From NCBI RefSeq assembly GCF_004010195.1, contig NC_057719.1:11357822-11421821 (forward strand): DNA of 64,000 nt, in the 5' to 3' direction. The position numbers and the translations under genes were made by a program. Positions 13,531 through 25,782 of this stretch are shown piece by piece. The stretch is from Chiloscyllium plagiosum. Taxonomy: Eukaryota. The notes beneath the pieces are model-generated. The model made no database searches. It had not been told where the DNA came from and was given only the letters and a program-made list of their open reading frames with translations. Each line of letters opens with the position of its first letter. Positions within the stretch are counted from its first letter, which is position 1.

Positions 13531-13689
13531 AAAAAAATTTGTTGGTGTCAGGTGGAGAGAGCTTGAATGGCAGCTCTGAGTTCTCAGCCCAGGTATATAA
13601 GAAGGAAGAGAGAATTTCTGCTTGGAACGTTCAAGCACTTCAAAACCAATACGGTAATTTTTTGTTTTAAAAGTGCTGCATTATTGGGA

Positions 13690-14035
13690 AGCAACAGCCT
13701 ATTGGTATTATTACCAGACTATTAATCCAAAGACACAGGTAATGTTCTGAGGCAAAAGGTTCATATCCTGCCACAGCAGATGTTAGAAATTAAATCCAAT
13801 ATAAATCTGAAATGAATAGTCCAATGATGACCCTAAATCCATTGATGATTGTCAGAAAAAACCTGTCTGGTTCACTAATGCCCTTCAAGGAGGTACACTG
13901 CCATGATTAAAATGGCCGACGTGACACCAGGTCCACGGCAAGGTAGTTGACTCTTAACTGTTCTTTGGGTATTTAGGGACTGGCAATAAATGCTGGTCTA
14001 GCCAGTGATGCCCTCATCCTACGAATGAATTTTTT
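13690..14035 (+). mobile_element. Second SINE family sharing its 3' tail with the L2/CR1-group LINE
   Basis: B-box-like ggttcatatcc and tail ggcaataaatgctgg...catcc. Minus-strand copies at ~47670-47990 and ~50180-50770. Confidence 0.65.
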
Positions 14036-14059
14036 AAAAAATACCAGAACTTCAAGAGA

Positions 14060-15375
14060 GCCGGGGCAGAGGTGAGTGCCATCACCAAGGAGGAGGAGCT
14101 GAGGAAGCTGAAAGGCCTGAAGGTAGATTAATCACCCAAACCAGATGATCTACTCCCTGGAGTTCTGAAAGAGACAGCTAAGGATATTGTAGAGGCATTG
14201 GTTGTGATCTTTCAGGAATCACTGGAGTCAGGGAGGTCCCAGAGGACTGGAAAATGGCTAATGTAACAGCCCTGTTTAAGAAGGGGCAGAGGCAGAAGAT
14301 AGGAAATTATAGAGATTTAGTCTGACTTCAGTCGTTGATAAGATTTTAGAGTGCATTATTAAAAATGTAAATGACAATGGAAAGTACATTGTAAAATAGG
14401 ACTGAGTCAACATGGCATTGTCAGAGTCATAGCATCATACGACACGGAAACAGACCCTTCAGTCCAACTAATCCATGCTGACTAAGAGTCCCAAACTAAA
14501 CTGGTCTCAGTTGCCTGCTTTTGGCACATATCCTTTTAAACCTTTCCTATTCACACACCTGTCCAAATGGCTTTTAAATATTGTACATGAACCTGCATCT
14601 ACCACTTCCTCTCGGAGTTCATTCCACATACGAACCACCCTCTGCTTAAAAATATTATCCCAGTTATGCCTGAAAAATCTGTTAGAATCTTTTGAGAATC
14701 TAATGAGCAAGTTGGACAAAGGAGAACCAGGGGGCATGATTTATCTGAATTTTCAGAAGGCATTTGACAAGGTGCTGCATAGGAGTCTGCTAAATAAGAC
14801 AAGAGCGAACAGTTTACAGGCAAGGGCATGGATAAAGGGGCAGACTGACAAAAAACAGAGAGTAGGGACAAAGGAATCTTTTCAGGAAGGCAACTCAGTT
14901 GAGTTCCATGTGGGACCACAACTATTCACATTATACATTAACGATCTGAACAAAGAAACTAAAGGCATTATTACTATGTTTGCAGATGACAGGTAGTGTT
15001 GAGGTAGCAGACAGGCTAGCAGAAACATACAGAATACGGAGATGCCCGAATAGAGCGGACATAGAGAAGATGTTTCCAATAGTAGGAGAGACTAGGACCC
15101 AAGGACACAGCCTCAGAGTGAAGGGACAACCCTTTAGAACTGAAATGAGAAGGAATTTCTTCAGCCAGAAGGTGGTGACTATGTGGGATGCATTGCTGCA
15201 GAGGCCAAGTCACTGAGTGTATTTAAGGCCGAGACAGATAAGTTCTTGATTGGAAAGGGAATCAAGGATTATGAGGTGAAGGCAGGAGAGTGGGGATGAG
15301 AAACACATCAGCCATGATCATATGGTGAAACAGATTAAATGGGTTGAATGGTCTAATTCTGCTCCTATGGTCTAA
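14060..15375 (+). mobile_element. Decayed CR1 with a nested minus-strand HER1-like 3' end (~14425-14650)
   Basis: YLNFQKAFDKV, GPQLFTLYINDL and FADD fragments. The nested piece is the reverse complement of the HER1 tail. Confidence 0.8.
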
Positions 15376-16029
15376 TATTGCAGGACAGCTGTTGTGATTG
15401 GAGTAAAAGTAGCAGAATATTTACACCTTGCATCAACAATAAAGCAAATCATATCACCATGCACTACTCTTGAATGTAATAGCCACATGCACAAAGATAT
15501 AAAATAACTGTTTGCTTCAAGGAGAATGGTTCATAACACATTGCACTTAACTGATAGGCCAGGAGTAAATTTGTCTGATAGAAATTGCGTTTGTAATAAT
15601 ATTTATCTTTAGCATGCAGCTAAAGATAAATAGATATAAACACAGACATTATGAAAATCTATGCCCTCTGTTTGTGAATTAACAGAGCAAGTCTTAATAC
15701 TGTAACCACACTGCAACTGGCTCTGCATCGCCCCCTTTTGACACTATTTATAAGAGCTGGAGTAGTTTTGAGCCAATGCTCAGTTGAAACTTTTCTGTGT
15801 TGCATGAGTTTTGTGCAGAGACCTCAAGACAAAGGGCTGAGGGAGAGGGAATTGCCATGACCTGGACAGATGTATTAATTCCCCTTACGCATACCTTCCA
15901 AAAAGAGTAGTCCTGTTCTGCAGCAAATGGTTCCACTCTCCTTCATAAGGACAACAATAGAAAGGCAGTAAGGATAAGGGTGGTACAGAACTGAGAAATT
16001 ACATCTAGCTGAAAAGAGTGTCAGACTGT

Positions 16030-16951
16030 TAAGAACATAGGAGGTATAGTCAGTAAGTTTGCAGATGAGACCAAAATTGAAGGTGTAGTGGACAGCGAAG
16101 AAGGTTACCTCAAAGTACAACGGGATCTTGATCAGATGGGCTAATGGGGGCTGAGGTGTAGCAGATGATGTTTATTGTAGGTAAATGTGGGGTGCTGCAC
16201 TTTGGAAAGGCAAATCAGAGCAGGACTTATACACTTAATGGGGACCGTTGCTGAACAAAGAGACCTTGGAGTCAGGTTCATAGTTCCCTAAAAGTGGAGT
16301 CACAGTTAGATAGAATAGTGAAGAGGTTGTGCTTTCCTTTATAGGTCGGAGCATTGGATACAGGGGTTGGAAGGTCATGTTGCGGCTATACAGGACATTG
16401 GTGAGGCCACTTTTGGAATATTGTGTGCAATTTGGTCTCCCTTCTATCAGCAGGATGTTGTGAAACTTGAAAGGGTTCAGAAAAGATTTACAAGGATGCT
16501 GCCAGCATTGGAGGATTTGAACTATCGTGAGAGGCTGAATACACTGGGGCTGTTTTCCCTGGAGCGTCAGTGGCTGAGGGGTGACCTTATAGAGGTTTAT
16601 AGAGGGGCATGGATAGGGTAAATAGACAAGGTCTTTTCCCTGGGGTGGGGGAGTCCAGAACTGGAGGGCATAGGTTTAGGGTGAGAGGTGAAAAATTTGA
16701 AAGGGACCTAAGGGGCAACTTTTTCATGCAGAGGGTAGTGCGTGTATTGAATGAGCTACCAGAAGAAGTGGTGGAGGCTGGTACAATTAGAATATTTAAA
16801 AAGCATCTGGATGGATATATGAATAGGAAAGGTTTAGAGGGATATGGGCCAAGTGCTGGAAAACAGGACTAGATTAGGTTGGAATATTTGGTCGGCATGG
16901 ATGAGTTGGCTGGAAGGGTCTGTTTCTGTGCATCTCTATGACTCTATGACT
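16030..16951 (+). mobile_element. HER1-like CR1 3' portion
   Basis: LERVQKRFTRMLP and LRGDLIEVY; (ctatgact)n tail. Confidence 0.88.
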
Positions 16952-17410
16952 AAAAGAGGGGTCAAGAAAGCACACAAGTAATTTTAAAGATGTTGAGACA
17001 TGAAGATGATGATATTCAGGCATCTCATAGGAACATAGAAGCAAGTGTCAGCCATTCAGCCCTTCAAACCTGTTCCACTATTCCCACTGATAAGAAGCAG
17101 TACTTTGAAAGCTAGTGCCACCAAATAAACCTGTTGGACTATAACCTGGTGTTGTGTGACTTTTAACTTCGACCATCCAATTCAGTACACTATTCCTGCT
17201 TTCTCCCCATATCCTTTGATCCCTTTAGCCTCAAGGACCATACCTAACTTCTTGAAAACATTCAATGTGCTGGGCCCAAACCCTTTCTGTAGCAGATATT
17301 TGAAGTGCCACAACAAGCTGAGCAGTGTGCCACAAAATTATCAGGAAGCAGCAGTTGTTTTATCTGAGACCAGGTGCCTTATCATAGGGACAGGAGAACA
17401 GCACCTGGCA

Positions 17411-17648
17411 CCAAAAGAGAAAATGCTGGAAAATCTCAGCAGGTCTGGCAGCATCTGTAAGGAGAGAAAAGAGCTGACGTTTCGAGTCTAACTGACCCTT
17501 TGTCAAAGCTTTGACAAAGTGTCAGTTAGACTTGAAACATCAGCTCTTTTCACTCCTTACAGATGCTGCCAGACATACTGAGATTTTCCAACATTTTCTC
17601 TTTTGGTTTCAGATTCCAGCATCTGCAGTAATTTGCTTTTAACTTTTT
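17411..17648. mobile_element. PLE-derived zero-spacer palindrome (~198 bp) with a 41-nt extension
   Basis: Mirror centre AAG|CTT at 17508/17509; arms 17410-17508 and 17509-17607. 15-bp TSD gaacagcacctggca at 17396-17410 and 17649-17663. Confidence 0.88.
17472..17510 (-). ncRNA. Minimal hammerhead motif with U3-A8 core variant
   Basis: Minus strand reads agct TTGACAA a gggtc agtta gactc GAAA cgt c agct. The C3-G8 pair is replaced by U3-A8. Confidence 0.7.
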
Positions 17649-17764
17649 GAACAGCACCTGGCATTTAATTGGTGAATAGCACTGTCACTCAGTGCACAGA
17701 GGCAGAGGTGGGGGCTAATTCCCAGCATTTGATTGGTGGGTGGTGCTATCGCTCAATGCATGCA

Positions 17765-17796
17765 GTGTGTGTGTGTGTGTATGTGTGTGCGTGTGT
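17765..17796. repeat. (TG)n microsatellite
   Basis: Read directly from the sequence. Confidence 0.9.
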
Positions 17797-18894
17797 CTGA
17801 GTCTGTCACCTTTGGCTTGAGCCAGTCAGATCGTGCACCACAGCGACTGCGGATTATAAATGCCATAGCAGAGCCAAGAACAGGTTGAGTCTGGGAGTTG
17901 CATTGGAATGGGGAGCTCATCAAGGATCTGCTCACCGCTTCACCTGAGACCTAATGCTGGATGGCAGCTCTCCATGACCACTCCACACAATGACTACTGC
18001 AAGAAGGGCACATTTTGAGAGAGGCAGCTGGATGTTTTCCGCATGGATGGTGCACAGTGAGGGAAGGAGGAGGATATGCAGGGTGTGGGCATAGTGCTCA
18101 CGAATCACTTACTTTCTCAATTCTGAGTATAGCACAGTAAATGTAATGCTTAGAGCAATCAATACTGCTGAAAAAAGTGGGTGTGGCATGGAATTGTTTG
18201 CCACTTTTAAATGTGCCGTGATCCTGAAAAGGTTGGGGTCCTCCGGCAGATATGTGGAGCTGAGTCCACCAAAAGATCAGTCACGACCTTATTGAATGGC
18301 AGAGTGGGCTCAAAGGTCCAGATGGCCTACTCCTGCTCCTAGTTCTTATTGGCATAGACCAATGAGCCAAGGACGGAATTACGTGCTCTGCTACTAATAG
18401 AAACAATGATGTGGAGGAGCCGGTGCTGGACTGCGGTTTACAAAGTTAAAAATCACCAGATTACAGTCCAACAGGTTTATTTGGAAGCACTAGCTTTCAG
18501 AGCGCTGCTCCTTCCTAAGGTGAATGTGGAGCATAAGACCATAAGACACAATTTATAGCAAAAGATTATAATGTCATGCAACTGAAATGATTTATTGAAC
18601 AAATTTGGATTGAACAAATCTGGTTTTGGTTCCTTGATATGTAAATCTCAGAACTTCTTTTAAGTCACTTTCTCGAGATAACTTAAGGTTTTATAACAAA
18701 AGATGACATCTCAGCTCAGACAATGCATTAAAGGTGTGAGGTTGGAGTCTGTCTGTATCCCAATCTTGAGTCAGACTGGTTCTATTTCCAAAGTGGAATT
18801 TACAAAATATTACATGTATTGACTGCCTATAGATTGTGCATTTTTTGAGCAAAATAGAATGTATCTGCAAATACAAATTCACCCATAGACTTGT

Positions 18895-18995
18895 ATGTGT
18901 GTGTGTGTGCGTGTGTGTGAGAGAGAGAGAGAGAGAGGAAGCGAGCATGAGAGTGTGTGAGAGTGCAAATGAGAGAGTGTGTGTTTGTGTGTGTG
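18895..18995. repeat. Compound (TG)n/(GA)n microsatellite
   Basis: Read directly from the sequence. Confidence 0.9.
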
Positions 18996-19324
18996 AAAGC
19001 TTAGACAGACTCTAACCTCACACCTTTAATGCATTGCGTGAGCTGAGATGTCATTTTTTGTTATAAAACCTTAAGTTATTTCGAGAAGGTGACTTAAAAG
19101 TAGTTCTGGGATTTATATATTCATGAACTGAAACCTGCTACATTTTCTAAAAGATGAAAGACTTAACAACAATCCAATTGTTCAATATATCATTTCAGGG
19201 TGGTGGTGGAAGGTTGTTTTTCAGACTGGAGGCCTGTGACCAGCGGAGTGCCACAAGGATCAGTGCTGGGTCCACTACGTTTCATCATTTATATAAATGA
19301 TTTGGATGTGAGCTTAACAGGTAT

Positions 19325-19555
19325 AATGATTCGGAGATGACGGTGTTGGACTGGGGTGTACAAAGTTAAAAATCACACAACACCAGGTTATAGTCCAACA
19401 GGTTTAATTGGAAGCACTAGCTTTCGGAGCGACGCTCCTTCATCAGGTGGTTGCGAAAGCTAGTGCTTCCAATTAAACCTGTTGGACTATAACCTGGTGT
19501 TGTGTGATTTTTAACTTTGTACACCCCAGTCCAACACCGGCATCTCCAAATCATT
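19325..19555. mobile_element. PLE-derived fold-back element (~102-bp arms) nested in a CR1
   Basis: Arms 19325-19426 and 19454-19555; same family as 25783-26275. The right end abuts an assembly gap. Confidence 0.85.
19415..19449 (-). ncRNA. Minimal type-I hammerhead ribozyme motif (PLE), intact
   Basis: Minus strand reads cac CTGATGA a ggagc gtc gctcc GAAA gct a gtg. Confidence 0.85.
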
Positions 19556-19556
19556 G

Positions 19557-20182
19557 NNNNNNNNNNNNNNNNNNNNNNNNNNNNNNNNNNNNNNNNNNNN
19601 NNNNNNNNNNNNNNNNNNNNNNNNNNNNNNNNNNNNNNNNNNNNNNNNNNNNNNNNNNNNNNNNNNNNNNNNNNNNNNNNNNNNNNNNNNNNNNNNNNNN
19701 NNNNNNNNNNNNNNNNNNNNNNNNNNNNNNNNNNNNNNNNNNNNNNNNNNNNNNNNNNNNNNNNNNNNNNNNNNNNNNNNNNNNNNNNNNNNNNNNNNNN
19801 NNNNNNNNNNNNNNNNNNNNNNNNNNNNNNNNNNNNNNNNNNNNNNNNNNNNNNNNNNNNNNNNNNNNNNNNNNNNNNNNNNNNNNNNNNNNNNNNNNNN
19901 NNNNNNNNNNNNNNNNNNNNNNNNNNNNNNNNNNNNNNNNNNNNNNNNNNNNNNNNNNNNNNNNNNNNNNNNNNNNNNNNNNNNNNNNNNNNNNNNNNNN
20001 NNNNNNNNNNNNNNNNNNNNNNNNNNNNNNNNNNNNNNNNNNNNNNNNNNNNNNNNNNNNNNNNNNNNNNNNNNNNNNNNNNNNNNNNNNNNNNNNNNNN
20101 NNNNNNNNNNNNNNNNNNNNNNNNNNNNNNNNNNNNNNNNNNNNNNNNNNNNNNNNNNNNNNNNNNNNNNNNNNNNNNNNNN
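19557..20182. other. Assembly gap
   Basis: Run of N. Confidence 1.
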
Positions 20183-21679
20183 ATAAAAGAGACCTAAGGG
20201 GCAACTTTTTCATGCAGAGGGTGGTATGTATATGGAATGAGCTGCCAGAGGAAGTGGTGGAGGCTGGTACAATTGCAACATTTAAAAAGCATCTGGATGG
20301 GTATATGAATAGGAAGGTTTTGGAGGGATATGGGCCAGGTGCTGGCAGGTGGGACTAGATTGGGTTGGGATATCTGGTTGGCATGGACAAGTTGGACTGA
20401 AGGGTCTGTTTCCATGCTGTACATCTCTATGACTCTACGACTCTATGAGTTACATTTCACTAAGCTTTTACTATAAATTCTGTCTTATGGTATTGTGCTC
20501 TACATGCACGTGATGAAGGAGCAGCTCTCCAAAAAGCTAATCCTTCCAAACAGTCTTGTTGGACTATAACATGATGCTGTGCGATTTTTAACTTAATAGC
20601 AACAAGAGAACATTAAGTGCATAAATTCCAATCGTGAATTCAGGAGACGTTTCAGGAGAAAGGGTGTGATAAGACTGAAATGGGTTACCACTTGGAGTAT
20701 TGAACTTGCACCAATTAATGTATTAAAACGGGAAGTTAGATAAATGCAAGAATGGATTATCTGGTGATTTATTCCATTGCAAGATTGGTGTGTCTGAACT
20801 GATTGTCACATTTCCTACATTAAGACAGTTGTACAACAGAACTGTACTAACTGGAGAAAGGTTGAGGGGTCCTGGCACTTACGCTGCACTGTATAAATGC
20901 AACTCCTTTTTTCTCAGTCTGATTAACACCCCAGTCTCTAAGTTACATTTCTACCAGCAGATCCAAGCTCAAGAGACTGACTTGGAAATCGTGCCTATTT
21001 GTCTGCTCCTCTTCCTCTACTTTAGCCAGCAGTGCAATGGGGTGCAGAGTGAGGCGTCGTCAATTGTGAAGTGAGATTAAAAAACATTCTGACAATACCT
21101 TCCCGCACTGAAGGAGGTCAGAATATAGAGTACTGAGGTCTGGTTCAACACAGTCCGACACTTTCCACTCCCTCATTCAAACATCTGGTCCCTGTGCTTG
21201 AGCCTGGACAATCAGGAGACTTTTTGTATCAGTGGACATCACAGCCAGCAACAAATCCAACCTTCATCTGGCATCCATAAATGTGCAGTACAGTACGCTT
21301 GGGGGGAAAAGGGTCTACTGAGTAACAACCAGGAGTCGTGAACCAAACTGAAATAAATGATTTGCATTTCTGTTGCTCAGAGATGTGGAGCTCAATGAGA
21401 GTGCTAGTGCCAACGGTTCCCTGGGCCTCTTGACACAGGTCAGGTTGGAATCTTCCTGGTCAATATGTTAAAAATGGTTTGGTAGCACAGAACTCAGGCA
21501 TTGCTAAAAAGAGGTAATAAATCAAAGCTTTTCATCTAGTGCTCATTAGGACTGCTATGCAAGAAAATCTTAGAAAGGAAACGACAATTTATACACCATG
21601 TTTTGTTAGACTATGGTTGGTGTGGGAAGCAGTGGAATCTATTAACTGCCTTAATTTAGCACAAGGGATGATATGGATG

Positions 21680-21892
21680 TTGTCCGCCCCAATCCAATCA
21701 GTGTTGGATTGGGGTGGACAAAGCCAGAAGTCACAGGACACCAGGTTATAGTCCAACAGGTTTATTTGAAATTACAAGCTTTTGAAGCACTGCCCCTTCA
21801 TCAGGTGAATGTCACCTGACAAAGCTCCAAAAGATTGTAATTTCAAATAAATTTATTGGACTACAGCCTGGTGTTGTGTGACTTCTGACTTT
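21680..21892. mobile_element. Decayed PLE-derived fold-back element
   Basis: Inverted arms at ~21720-21808 and ~21812-21892. The minus-strand hammerhead has GAAA changed to AAAA. Confidence 0.75.
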
Positions 21893-22061
21893 TAGCATAA
21901 GTGAATCAAGATATTTTATGCAACCTGCTCCAGGCCAACAAGGTATCTTGTGGTGGCAGTGGTAGAGTTGTAGTGGGTTCAGGTCCTACCTACTCCAGTG
22001 GTAAGTAACAACATCCTTGAACAGATTCATTTAAAAATATCCATTGAAGGCCAGGGACATG

Positions 22062-22097
22062 GTTCCTGATGAAGGGCTTTTGCCCGAAACGTCGATT
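22062..22097 (+). ncRNA. Minimal type-I hammerhead ribozyme motif (PLE), core intact
   Basis: gttc CTGATGA a gggc tttt gccc GAAA cgt c gatt, within a ~95-bp PLE fragment flanked by acatgg repeats (22057-22062 and 22156-22161). Confidence 0.8.
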
Positions 22098-22994
22098 TTG
22101 AAGCTCCTCGGATACTGCCTGAATTGCTGTGCTCTTCCAGCACCACTAATCCAGAACATGGCTGAATTAGTTCCACACATTCATTCTCCTGAACTTGAGT
22201 ACATATCTTTGTCATTTACACAGTTTATCCCACACTCAGCAGAATGCAGTTTTAATTCATTGTGTGCTAGTTCCAAAAATAAACCAGGACACTGCGTATG
22301 AGGGTATTGTGAATGCTGCTTCAAACATTCTCCAAATTTCTCATCAAATCATGCACCGTTCTAACTTGAAAAGTTGCCATTGACCTTCGCTGTCACTGGA
22401 TCAAAGTCCTGAAACACCATCCCAAACATAACTGTGGGTTAACCTTCACCACACAGTCTGCTGTTCAAGACAACAGCTCGCCAACACATTGTCAGAAGTT
22501 GAAAGATTCTGATATCCACCGGTGAAAGTAGGTAGCGTACAAGGGGCTAGAAGCAGAGACATTCTAAGTAAAGTTTAATTTGTAAAATTCTGTAAAATAA
22601 GGAACAGTGACCACGGGTGGAAAGTTACTGATCAGAGTTTGCCATTGGAAATAAGAGAGTTTTAGAAGAATGAGAGAAAGATTTGGACTTCTTAATGACA
22701 CCCAGCACATCAAAAAGCAACCTTACAGTCAGTTAATCACTTTAGCAACATAAGGAATATGGCATTCATCTTGCAGACAAAGATAGTTACCCATGTCATC
22801 TGTCTGTTTGATTTTGTTTCTGAGATACATCTTGCCCAGAAAACCAGAGTTCTCCTCTTCTTTGAATTAATGACATGGAATCTGTTACTTCAATGCAAAC
22901 TGTACTGACTGTATCAGGGTCAGGCAGGTGGATGTCATAGAATATGACTTCCCTGATTAGGGCTGTTATTCTGGTCCAATCAGGAAGCTCTTAA

Positions 22995-23421
22995 GTGTTC
23001 AAAGTTTGTGCGAAGATTTGTAGCTTGGGTGCTCGTTGTTGTGGTTCTGTTCGCCGAGCTGGAAGTTTTTGTTGCAAACGTTTCGTAGCCACACACGCAG
23101 ACAACAAGCAATATGAATTCGACTGGGACAACACTACTATCACAGGGCAGGCCAGACAGAGAACAGCCAGGGAATTCCTAGAGACATGGCATTCATCCAC
23201 AAACTCCATCAACAAACACATCGACCTGGACCCAATATACCAACCACTACAGCGGACAGCTGAAACTGACAACCGGAAGCGGCAGGGACAGACCACTATA
23301 AACACCGGAGGAAACATCAAAGAAGCGCTTCGCAGGAGGCTCCCAAGCACTGATGATGTCGCCTAGCCAGGGGACGAAACGTTTGAAACGAAAACTTCCA
23401 GCTCGGCGAACAGAACCACAA
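22995..23421 (+). mobile_element. PLE 3' fragment (GIY-YIG C-terminus and pLTR) with an inverted pLTR at its left end
   Basis: Encodes HADNKQYEFDWDNTTITGQARQRTAREFLETWHSSTNSINKH. 23039-23086 is inverted relative to 23374-23423. Imperfect TSD caggaagc(t)c(t)taa at 22981-22994 and 23422-23434. Confidence 0.85.
23347..23386 (+). ncRNA. Minimal hammerhead motif downstream of a GIY-YIG coding remnant
   Basis: gca CTGATGA t gtcgcct agcc aggggac GAAA cgt t tga. The inverted sibling arm at ~23070-23086 has tgc, which restores helix I. Confidence 0.75.
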
Positions 23422-23779
23422 CAGGAAGCCCTAACTGACAGGGATAAACAGGTGAGTTGAGACCCTGTCCATTCAGACCTAGCTCTGAGAAAGCTGGACC
23501 CGTGCCAAGTACTGTACGCATGTAAATAAACGGTGATGTAGTGACAGGATACTGGCCTCAATAGAGTTATTTCACAAACTATAACATCAAAACCATATAG
23601 ATAAATATTCGGTCAGGTGACCAAAAAGCTTAGTCCAAGATGTAAGTTTTAACAAGTAACGTAACAGGACAGAGAAGAAGTGGGGTAGAGGTTTGGAGAG
23701 AGAGCTTACCACCCAGGTAACTGAAGGCTGGTGCACAGTGAGATTGGAACTGGAGGAGCATAATATCCCAGGATTGCAG

Positions 23780-25420
23780 GATTACAGTGAGAGTTTTTAT
23801 AGCACAGAAAGGGGCCCTTTAACCCATTGTGCCTGTGCCAGTCATCAAACAACCATTTATTCTCACCCTATTTTCCAGCACTTTGCCTGGAGCTTTGTAT
23901 GCTGTAGCAATTTAACTGTCCATCTAAAGAGTTCTCAAAACTCTTCAGGGTTCCTACCTCTACCACCTTTTCAGCCAGTGATCGCCATATACTCACAACC
24001 CTCTGGGTTTAAAAATTTCCTAAAAACCCTTCTAAATGCCCTACACCTTACCTCAGAAAACTGTGTCCTCTGCTTATTGACCCCTATAATATGGCGAAAG
24101 TGAGTACTGCAGATGCTGGAGATTAGAGTCAAGAGTGTGGTTCTGGAAAAACACAGCAGGTCAGGCAGCATCTGAGGAGCGGGAAAATCGACGTTTTGGG
24201 CAAAAGCCCTTCATCAGGAATGAGGCTGGGAGCTGGGGGGGGGGAGCTATAATATGGGGCAAGGCATCTCTCTGTCTATTCTGAGTGTGCCCTCAGACGT
24301 TTATACATCTCAATCAGATCCACTACACCTCCACCCCAGGCTTCCCTGCTCTAAGGTGACCAACCCCAGTCTATCTCATCCCTCTTCATAGCATAACTGC
24401 TCCAGCCCAGGGAACATCCTGGTGAATCGCCTTTGCACCCTCTCTAGTGCAATCAATATTGTCCCTATGGCGTGCCAACCAGAACTGCACACAGTACTCA
24501 GCATTGCCTAAGTAATATTAGACACACTTGCATCATAACTTCCTTGCTCTTATATTAAATGCCTTGAGTAATAAAAGCAAAGTCTCCCCTGTACCTTCTT
24601 CACCACCTTATCTACCTATCCTGCAGCCTTCTAGGATTTACAGACATGCACACAAAGGTCCCTCTGATCCTTTCTACTTCCTAGTCCTTCCAAAATGCAT
24701 CATTTCATTTTTCGGGATTAAATTCCATTTGCCACTGTTCAGTCCATTCATATTGTCCTGTCGTCTAAGTCTATACACCCCACCGCCAATTTTCATGTCA
24801 TCTGCAAAATTACTGCTCATACTCCGACATTCATGTCTAAATCATTAATGTACACAGCAAACAGAAATGGCCCCAACACCAAACCCTGTAGTATGCCACA
24901 ATACAATACTTATTAGATACAATATACTAAAATACTTCTCTCTGAACCATGCTTCCAGTCGCTAAAACACCCTTCCACCTGCCACTAAGCCACTTTTAGA
25001 TCCAATTCAGTTGAATTTGTTGGATGTGATCTCCCCCCTTACAAACCTATCCTCGATTAATCCTTGCCTCTCTAAGTGGAGATTAATTCTGTCCCTCAGA
25101 ATGATTTTTATTACTTACCATAAATGTTAGATTTATTGGCCTATAGCTTCCTAGTTTATCCCAAACATCCTTTTTGAATAATTGTCCCACTTTAGCTAAT
25201 CCTCTGCCACCCCTCCTGTGGCCAGAGAGGATTGGAAAATTAATGGCAGCGTCTCTGTAATCTCCTCTCTTGCCTCTAACAACGTTAGATAGATCTCATT
25301 TGAGTTTTTTTTATAACGAAACCACTAATACTTTCCTCTTAATGCCAATTTGTTCAAGTGTATCTCAGTACCCCTCCCTGATTTCTAGACCTATACTGCC
25401 CTTCTCTATTGTGAGAATAG
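23780..25420 (-). mobile_element. Decayed CR1 3' half
   Basis: Reverse-complement CR1 motifs such as agaactgcacacagtactc and gtcatctgcaaa. Confidence 0.7.
24095..24246 (-). mobile_element. PLE pLTR fragment inserted in a CR1 remnant
   Basis: 11-bp TSD ctataatatgg at 24084-24094 and 24247-24257. Hammerhead at 24186-24221 with GAAA changed to AAAA. Confidence 0.82.
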
Positions 25421-25782
25421 AGTCTGACTCGAGCATGGAATACAGACAGACTGTAACCTTGTGCCTTTAATACATTGTCTGAACTGAGATGTCACTTTTT
25501 TAAAAAATAAAACCTAAGTTATCTCAGGACTGTGATTTTAAAGAAGTTCTGGGATTTACATATTGATCACTCGAAACCTTAGTTGTTTTTAATGTCCCAT
25601 ATCCGTGCTGCCTGTACCAAGTTAAAACTCCTCGATATTGTCCCAGCTCAGCTCAACCTCAGGATTTCACACTTAAATCTGTCTATTTATTAAACCCAAG
25701 CTGACACCGTCATTGCATATATATCAGAAGCTGAGTGTCAAATACTTCCAGCCCTCCCCTGCCCTGACTGTATCTCTGAATG

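Larger units (their letters stand above)
19199..20447 (+). mobile_element. HER1-like CR1 3' portion (contains a PLE insertion and a gap)
   Basis: RT segment ggagtgccacaaggatcagtgctgggtcc; 3' UTR and (ctatgact)n tail. Confidence 0.85.
18405..20595. mobile_element. Older, large PLE-derived palindromic element interrupted by a CR1
   Basis: 18440-18610 is inverted relative to 19170-19198 plus 20448-20594. 18640-18755 is inverted relative to 19002-19117. A (TG)n/(GA)n tract lies in the centre and decayed hammerhead cores lie in both arms. Confidence 0.8.
22901..23574 (+). mobile_element. Solo LTR (TG...CA) interrupted by a PLE
   Basis: Starts tgtact and ends tttca, with AATAAA at 23525-23530. 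Perfect 5-bp TSD caaac at 22896-22900 and 23575-23579. A second copy lies at ~50349-50598. Confidence 0.8.
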
